Origin: Candidatus Cloacimonadota bacterium
GTDB lineage: Bacteria > Cloacimonadota > Cloacimonadia > G963667145
Direction of reading: 5' to 3'
Assembly (NCBI GenBank): GCA_963667255.1
Contig: OY762940.1
Coordinates: 544,001 to 608,000, forward strand
DNA length: 64,000 bases
The notes below the pieces were generated by a model, which was given only the letters and a program-made list of their open reading frames with translations, was not told the origin of the DNA and did no database searches. Position numbers and translations under genes: made by a program. Shown one piece after another: positions 57,445 to 64,000 of the stretch (position 1 is its first letter; every line of letters begins with the position of its first letter).

Positions 57445-58157
57445 GAAGCTTTTTGTGGGTTATGCGGTCTCTTTATCCCCCAACCTTGCAGTTTGTCCAT
57501 AGCTTGCAGTTTGTCGCCATCGTAAACCACTGTTCCGTCGTGAATTATCATAAGCCGTGTTGCGTGATAGAGGACTTTGTCCAAGTCGTGCGAGATGACG
57601 ATGATGGTAATTCCTTGGTTGTGCAAATCCACCAAAGTTTGCAAAATCATCTGCACTCCGGGGTAGTCCAAGCCGATGAAAGGTTCGTCCAAGATTAAGA
57701 TTTTCGGCTTTTGTGCCAAGATGGAGGCTATGGTCACTTTCTTCAGTTGACCGCCAGAGAGATGAAACGGCGAGCGGTCTTTCAGATGATAGATGTCCAT
57801 TTTCTTCAAAATCTCTTCCGCAGATTGCTCTGGATTTGGCTCTTTGGATTGCTTGATGGCGAAACTCACCTCTTCCATCACGGTTTGGCAAAAAATCTGC
57901 GTATTTGCTTCTTGGAAGACCAAGCCGATTTTCTTCTTAGCTTCTTTGTTTATCCCCAGTTTCTTGTTTTCAAAATAGATTTCGCCTTCACTGGGCTTTA
58001 CTAATCCCCCGAGATGGAGCATCGTGACGGTTTTCCCCGAGCCGTTCTTACCTGCTATCAGTAGAAATTCGCCCTCTTCCACAGCAAAATTTATATCGGA
58101 CAGAATGGTTTTGCCATCGATTTTTTTGGAGAGATTTCTGACTTCCAGCAGGGGCAT
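57432..58157 (-). CDS. ECF transporter ATPase (EcfA/BioM-like)
   Basis: GKNGSGKT, GLVFQ, TV.EEV.F, LSGGQ, LDEPF.GLD. Confidence 0.92.
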   Translation of the reverse strand: MPLLEVRNLSKKIDGKTILSDINFAVEEGEFLLIAGKNGSGKTVTMLHLGGLVKPSEGEIYFENKKLGINKEAKKKIGLVFQEANTQIFCQTVMEEVSFAIKQSKEPNPEQSAEEILKKMDIYHLKDRSPFHLSGGQLKKVTIASILAQKPKILILDEPFIGLDYPGVQMILQTLVDLHNQGITIIVISHDLDKVLYHATRLMIIHDGTVVYDGDKLQAMDKLQGWGIKRPHNPQKASWLL

Positions 58158-58158
58158 T

Positions 58159-58689
58159 TTACAGGCTCTCTTTGAAGTATGGCTTGCTCATTTTGACGAG
58201 GATAGCTGCTACAACGGCTTTGAGGATATCGCCGAAGACGAATGGATAAAAGCCGATGCTCAAGGTTTTGGCAATCGTCCAATCCGCTCCGATGCTGGTT
58301 TTCAGCCAAATTAGCCCGACAGGATAGATGCACAGAGCCGAGATGATTGTTACTATTAGAAAGCCGACTAAGTTCTCGGGTGTGACTTTTTTCAGCAGAT
58401 TTCCTACTATCACACAGAGCAAATAGCCGACGATATATCCACCCGTTGGACCAAGAATGACAGCGATTCCGCCTTTTCCCATAGAGAATACCGGCAGTCC
58501 CAACATTCCTAAAATCACATAGATGACTATCGCCAAGAATGAGGAACGCAAGTCGAGGAGCAGAACGCCGAGCAGGATGAAGAGATTTGTGAGCACTATC
58601 GGCACGGGACCTATAGGCACGACAGTGTATGAGCCGATGATGAAAAACACTACGAATAAGGCAGTTACGGTTATTTTTTTGTAATTCAT
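58159..58689 (-). CDS. bioY: Biotin transporter S component BioY
   Basis: PVPI.L, Y..LG..GLPVFS, GPTGGYIVG, PF..GD.LK. Confidence 0.93.
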   Translation of the reverse strand: MNYKKITVTALFVVFFIIGSYTVVPIGPVPIVLTNLFILLGVLLLDLRSSFLAIVIYVILGMLGLPVFSMGKGGIAVILGPTGGYIVGYLLCVIVGNLLKKVTPENLVGFLIVTIISALCIYPVGLIWLKTSIGADWTIAKTLSIGFYPFVFGDILKAVVAAILVKMSKPYFKESL

Positions 58690-58696
58690 TTCAATC

Positions 58697-59233
58697 CTAT
58701 TTAATATTTCCCAGAAAACTCAAAATTGTGTTTCCTGCTTTGATTTCCTTGAACAAGTTAAAATTGCTATTTGTGATTGGTTCTTTTGCAGAGTGTTCCA
58801 CGACGATAATTCCCTTTGGTGCCAATGTTTTCTTTTCATAGATTAAATCCAAAACAGGTGAGAGCAAGTTGTGTTCGTATGGTGGGTCTAAAAAAATTAA
58901 GTCAAAAGCATCCGTATTTTTTTTCAAAAAAGATTCTGCGGTTTTCTTTTGGATTTTGCAACTTGAAGCAACGCCAAGTTTGGCGATATTTTTTTTTATA
59001 GTGGACAGGGAGTCAGCTGATATGTCAACAAACTGAGCAGAACTCGCACCACGACTGACAGCCTCCAGCCCCAATCCTCCGAAACCGGCGAACAAATCCA
59101 AGACAGCCTTGCCATCGCACGAGCCGATAACAGCGAAAATCCTCTCTTTTATTGAGTCGGCTGTCGGTCTGACATTGGAAGATTTTGAGGAAAAAAGCCT
59201 AAATCCTTTGAAGTTGCCTGAGATGATACGCAT
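58697..59233 (-). CDS. rsmD: 16S rRNA (guanine966-N2)-methyltransferase
   Basis: MRIISG.FKG, RPT.D..KE, LDLFAG.G.LGLEAVSRGA, IFLDPPY. Confidence 0.95.
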   Translation of the reverse strand: MRIISGNFKGFRLFSSKSSNVRPTADSIKERIFAVIGSCDGKAVLDLFAGFGGLGLEAVSRGASSAQFVDISADSLSTIKKNIAKLGVASSCKIQKKTAESFLKKNTDAFDLIFLDPPYEHNLLSPVLDLIYEKKTLAPKGIIVVEHSAKEPITNSNFNLFKEIKAGNTILSFLGNIK

Positions 59234-59242
59234 TTTGGAGAA

Positions 59243-59899
59243 TTATAGGTTGAGCATTTTTTTTAGCATACCTATCGTTATTTGATTTAGTTTCAAGTCC
59301 GAGTCGAGCTTTTCTCCGGCTTCGTTCAGGAGTTCGGCGATGTTCATCTCCTCGAAGTTTTTGGCTTTGCGGTTATCGTTTTCAGAGCTGTTATCTGTTT
59401 GCTTTACAGGAGCTTTGCTCTCTTGAGTTTCGATAGGCGGAACAGTATAGGGCAATTCAGGACTCTTTTTGAAATCGTCCAAAGTAATGCCCTCATCCAA
59501 GTCGTAGGGCAAATCTTCAAGGGTCTCTTTTTTGGGATTGCTTTTTTCGATAGGTGCTACTTTTATCTCTTCTTTAGTAGTTTCTTTGGGCTCAGTCTCC
59601 ACAGAATTTTCGTCAACTTGTTCATCAATAGGCGTATGCTCTACCTGCTCCAAAGTCAATTTTTTGTATTCGTAATCGGGCAAAATATTGAGATTTCGCA
59701 GTTGCTCTTTGGAAAAAATCGAGAGAATGAGAGGATTGTATCTCAGACTGACATTGGCGAAAACCTTTTTGTCGAGCTCTTTAACTTTTTTTCGGGCGAA
59801 TTTGTCCTTGTCGGCAAGCATCTGATACACTCCCATAGCGTGCGTAAACTCGCCTTGTTTCTCGTAGAGTTTAGCCATAGTCAGCGTGGGAGTTATCAT
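59243..59899 (-). CDS. Hypothetical protein (N-terminal TPR-like helix pair, acidic linker)
   Basis: TLTMAKLYEKQG...A..VY; sits between purA and rsmD. Confidence 0.7.
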   Translation of the reverse strand: MITPTLTMAKLYEKQGEFTHAMGVYQMLADKDKFARKKVKELDKKVFANVSLRYNPLILSIFSKEQLRNLNILPDYEYKKLTLEQVEHTPIDEQVDENSVETEPKETTKEEIKVAPIEKSNPKKETLEDLPYDLDEGITLDDFKKSPELPYTVPPIETQESKAPVKQTDNSSENDNRKAKNFEEMNIAELLNEAGEKLDSDLKLNQITIGMLKKMLNL

Positions 59900-59918
59900 C
59901 AGTCGTTACCTTTGCGAA

Positions 59919-61193
<1,275 letters not shown>

Positions 61194-61200
61194 TTAATCC

Positions 61201-62010
61201 TTAAATATCCAATTGAATTTTTGCCATTCGATTCAATCCGTTTAAATCTTGTGTAATCCGGCAAGTGTAACCTTGGGCGTGAGCAATTTCCGTGATTTTG
61301 TCCGCTTGAGTCGCTCCTATCTCCAAGTATAAAGCACCTTTATAGGTCAAAAATCGGTTTAATTCTGTCAATATCTTTTTGTAAAAATAAAGTCCGTTAT
61401 CCTCAGCCAATAGAGCCGTTTGCGGTTCAAAATTTTTTATCTGCTTTTCAAGGGTCGAATACTCGATTTTGCCGATATATGGCGGGTTGGAAACGATGAT
61501 GTCGTATTTTCTCGTGACATTGGAAAAGATATTGCTCTGGGAAAATTTAATGTTAGCATCGTGAATGGAGGCGTTTTCTTTGGCGATAGTCATCGGATGA
61601 ATGTCCACGGCATCTACTTGGGAATTTGCTAAATGCAGAGCCAAAGAAATTGCGATACAGCCACTTCCAGTGCCGATATCCAAAATCCTCAGATTTTGTT
61701 TGTGCTTGTTGTCGTTTATGATTTCGTCCACTAAAAGTTCAGTTTCCGGTCTCGGAATTAACACGGTTTCATCGACCTTGTATTCTCTATCATAAAAATA
61801 GCTGTGTCCGAAAATATATTGCAATGGCTCGTCTGTTTTCCGTCTGGCAACAATTTCCGTGAATTTGTCCCACAAATCCGAAGAAACAGGATGGTCTTTT
61901 TGAAACTCAATTTCGTTGTAATTCAGTCCGGTCAATTCTCGCAAGATGTAGAAAATCTCAGCTCTTGGCAATTCCGTGCTTTGTAGAGCATCACTAAAGG
62001 TTTTGTTCAC
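61201..62010 (-). CDS. prmC: Release factor glutamine methyltransferase
   Basis: EPLQYI.G, LIPRPETE, LDIGTGSGCIA, SNPPY, FEP..AL, EIG..Q. Confidence 0.95.
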   Translation of the reverse strand: MNKTFSDALQSTELPRAEIFYILRELTGLNYNEIEFQKDHPVSSDLWDKFTEIVARRKTDEPLQYIFGHSYFYDREYKVDETVLIPRPETELLVDEIINDNKHKQNLRILDIGTGSGCIAISLALHLANSQVDAVDIHPMTIAKENASIHDANIKFSQSNIFSNVTRKYDIIVSNPPYIGKIEYSTLEKQIKNFEPQTALLAEDNGLYFYKKILTELNRFLTYKGALYLEIGATQADKITEIAHAQGYTCRITQDLNGLNRMAKIQLDI

Positions 62011-62899
62011 TCAAATCCTTTTCCAGATTGAAAGCGGCGATAGCTCCGTCCGCAGCGGCTGTCACCACTTGTCGCAAAGACTTTTGGCAGATATCTCCCG
62101 CAGCGTAGATTAGCGGAACATTGGTTTTTTGGTCTTTGTCAGTAACGATAAATCCTCGCTCATCGAGAGTGATAAAATCTTTAATCAGAGCGGTTTGCGG
62201 TTGAGTGCCGGCATAGATGAAAACTCCGTCTGTGTTTAGGTCGCTTTTTTTGCCAGTCTTCACATTTTTAAGATTTATGGTAGAGACTTTGTCATCGCCA
62301 TCTATTTTTTCCACAATTGAGTCCCAAACAAACTCTATCTTCTCGTTTTTCTTCGCTCTTTCCCCAATAATTTTAGTCGCTCTGAGTTGATTGCGACGAT
62401 GGATAATGTAAACTTTTGTCGCAAATTTGGTCAAAAAAAGAGCTTCCTCTACGGCAGCATCGCCTCCTCCGACTACAGCGACGACCTTGCCTTTGTAAAA
62501 CATTCCGTCGCAAGTGGCACAATAGGACACACCTCTTCCGGTGAATTTCTCTTCCCCTGGCACATTGAGCTTTGCGGCTTTGGCACCCATAGCGAGGATT
62601 ATTCCTTGGCAATTGTAGGCTTGTTCGGTGGTTGTAATTTTGCCTTTTTCGATTTTGGTAACCTCTTCGTTTTTGATTTCGCAGCCAAAATTTTCTGCTT
62701 GTTTGCGGAAGATGTCAGTCAGCGAAAATCCGTCGCCACTTGGATAACCCGGGTAGTTTTCGATGTCGGCAGTTTGCGTGATTTGTCCTCCGGTGATGCC
62801 CGATTCCAAAATCAAGGTTTTCAGACCGCCTCTCGCAGCGTAAATTCCCGCTGTTAGTCCGGCAGGTCCTCCGCCGACAATTATCAAATCAAAATCCAT
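61994..62899 (-). CDS. trxB: Thioredoxin reductase
   Basis: GGGPAGLTA, GGQ.......NYPG, GVSYCATCDG, GGGDAAVEEA, HRR, AAGD. Confidence 0.96.
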   Translation of the reverse strand: MDFDLIIVGGGPAGLTAGIYAARGGLKTLILESGITGGQITQTADIENYPGYPSGDGFSLTDIFRKQAENFGCEIKNEEVTKIEKGKITTTEQAYNCQGIILAMGAKAAKLNVPGEEKFTGRGVSYCATCDGMFYKGKVVAVVGGGDAAVEEALFLTKFATKVYIIHRRNQLRATKIIGERAKKNEKIEFVWDSIVEKIDGDDKVSTINLKNVKTGKKSDLNTDGVFIYAGTQPQTALIKDFITLDERGFIVTDKDQKTNVPLIYAAGDICQKSLRQVVTAAADGAIAAFNLEKDLSEQNL

Positions 62900-62909
62900 T
62901 TGGCTCTCC

Positions 62910-63173
62910 TTATTGTTTCACTTTAATGATAACTTGCTGATTTGCAGGAAATTCCATTCCGCCAATGCTGTCCAATTTTGTGTTAATAATTTTGCTCCCT
63001 TCGGAGTTGACAGCTTCTATTTGAGCATTGTTCAGATTTTTGGATTTCCCCACAAAAATTAGTTTATCAGGCTCGGAATTTTCGCTTTCTTTCTCGGTTT
63101 GGAGCATCAAATCGCATGCACAAATGAGTAGCGTTAGTAAAATGCAGATAGCTAAAAGCGGTTTCAGTTTCAT
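62910..63173 (-). CDS. Small putative lipoprotein
   Basis: Basic then hydrophobic signal ending ICA-C; tightly packed between neighbours. Confidence 0.65.
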   Translation of the reverse strand: MKLKPLLAICILLTLLICACDLMLQTEKESENSEPDKLIFVGKSKNLNNAQIEAVNSEGSKIINTKLDSIGGMEFPANQQVIIKVKQ

Positions 63174-63175
63174 TG

Positions 63176-64000
63176 CTAATTGATTTTGAAATTTTCCACT
63201 TCGCTGTCACTCATTTTGGTTGTGGTTGTCGTAGCAAAATCGGTTCCCAACGCACCGTAGTAAATTTCCGTTTCCTGATTTTCGCTGACTTTGTTGCAAT
63301 AGCGGAGCAAAATTCCTCCGCACAATTTCACGAGATTCAAGTCAATTTCATCTCTTGACTGGACAATCCCGAGAGGCGAAGCAAAATTCTTCGCTCTGAT
63401 TGCAAACTCTCCTGTGCCGTTTTTTGTCAGGTAGTTGTTTTCGCCTTGGCTTTTGCCGAGAACAAATTTAGCGTTTTCGTTTATGCGGAAATGACGACCC
63501 AAGTTCAAGAAGGTTAAATTTCTTTTGTCCAACATACCATAATCCATAATGTCTCGCAACCTCTTGCAATAGCCGATATCAGTGAGCAAACAGCCACCAG
63601 CGGATGAGGGTATCGAGGGCAAATTGAATTTTTCGGCTAACTCGTATTGTTTCTTGCGCGAGCGACCAGAGATGTCCAAGAGTTTTTCTTTATCCACAAG
63701 TCCGTCCAAAATCGGCTTTGTGTCGGGCAAGATTTTTTGCGAAAGAGGACGAATAATATACTCCCTAACTTTGCTGATTTTGTCCACAGCAGCCAGAGAG
63801 TTCTTGGTTTGCGACATCGGTCGCTGAGAGACCACCTCTCCGCTACAGATGAAGGCGGCGTTTTCTTCCAGCATAATTTCGTTCGCTTTATTTAGCATCA
63901 TCCCATGACAGTTGATGCACGGATTGAGGTTCTTCCCATAGCCGTAACTGGGACTTTTCAGCATCTCTAGATATTCGTCCGTAATATCCACTATTTTGAT
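63176..64000 (-). CDS. ThiI/MnmA-like tRNA sulfurtransferase-family protein (5'-partial)
   Basis: GYGKNLNPCINCH, GEV..QRPMSQ, RPLS, GRSRK.Q, AGGCLLTD, GRHFR; frame open to the window end. Confidence 0.8.
   Translation of the reverse strand: MKIVDITDEYLEMLKSPSYGYGKNLNPCINCHGMMLNKANEIMLEENAAFICSGEVVSQRPMSQTKNSLAAVDKISKVREYIIRPLSQKILPDTKPILDGLVDKEKLLDISGRSRKKQYELAEKFNLPSIPSSAGGCLLTDIGYCKRLRDIMDYGMLDKRNLTFLNLGRHFRINENAKFVLGKSQGENNYLTKNGTGEFAIRAKNFASPLGIVQSRDEIDLNLVKLCGGILLRYCNKVSENQETEIYYGALGTDFATTTTTKMSDSEVENFKIN

Overview
Bacterial chromosomal segment, mostly housekeeping genes, probably from a diderm anaerobe (FCB group such as Cloacimonadota is a low-confidence guess). It begins with a giant surface-protein gene (at least 4944 aa, open at the left edge) with Fn3-like super-repeats, GLUG-type repeats and many D-(S/T)-hydrophobic motifs. 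Core genes follow: PHP hydrolase, dapA, ftsY, rpsT, apt, purH, alaS, mreBCD-mrdA-rodA, hpt, an Fe/B12-type ABC importer, xdhC-like, ispG, plsC, rsfS, argS, dpaL, a BioY/ECF transporter, rsmD, purA, prmC, trxB and a partial thiouridylase-like gene. The main accessory feature is an AT-rich island of about 5.5 kb (46.7-52.2 kb) with no integrase. It is built as two tandem units, each made of a 54-bp copy of the plsC 3' end, variable cargo, and a ~91-bp promoter-bearing repeat. Cargo 1 is a Dam-family methyltransferase plus a DUF3883-type nuclease bounded by integron attC-like core sites. Cargo 2 is an 86-aa triple-repeat protein plus a voltage-sensor/RCK channel with a degenerate K+ filter. A Fic-wHTH gene with a 28-bp upstream palindrome follows. 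Also seen: a likely dead GH13 pseudoenzyme, an orphan VirB9-like protein, REP-like palindromes and a frameshifted acyl-ACP thioesterase. No rRNA, tRNA or CRISPR array was seen. All family calls come from motifs recognised by eye, not database searches.
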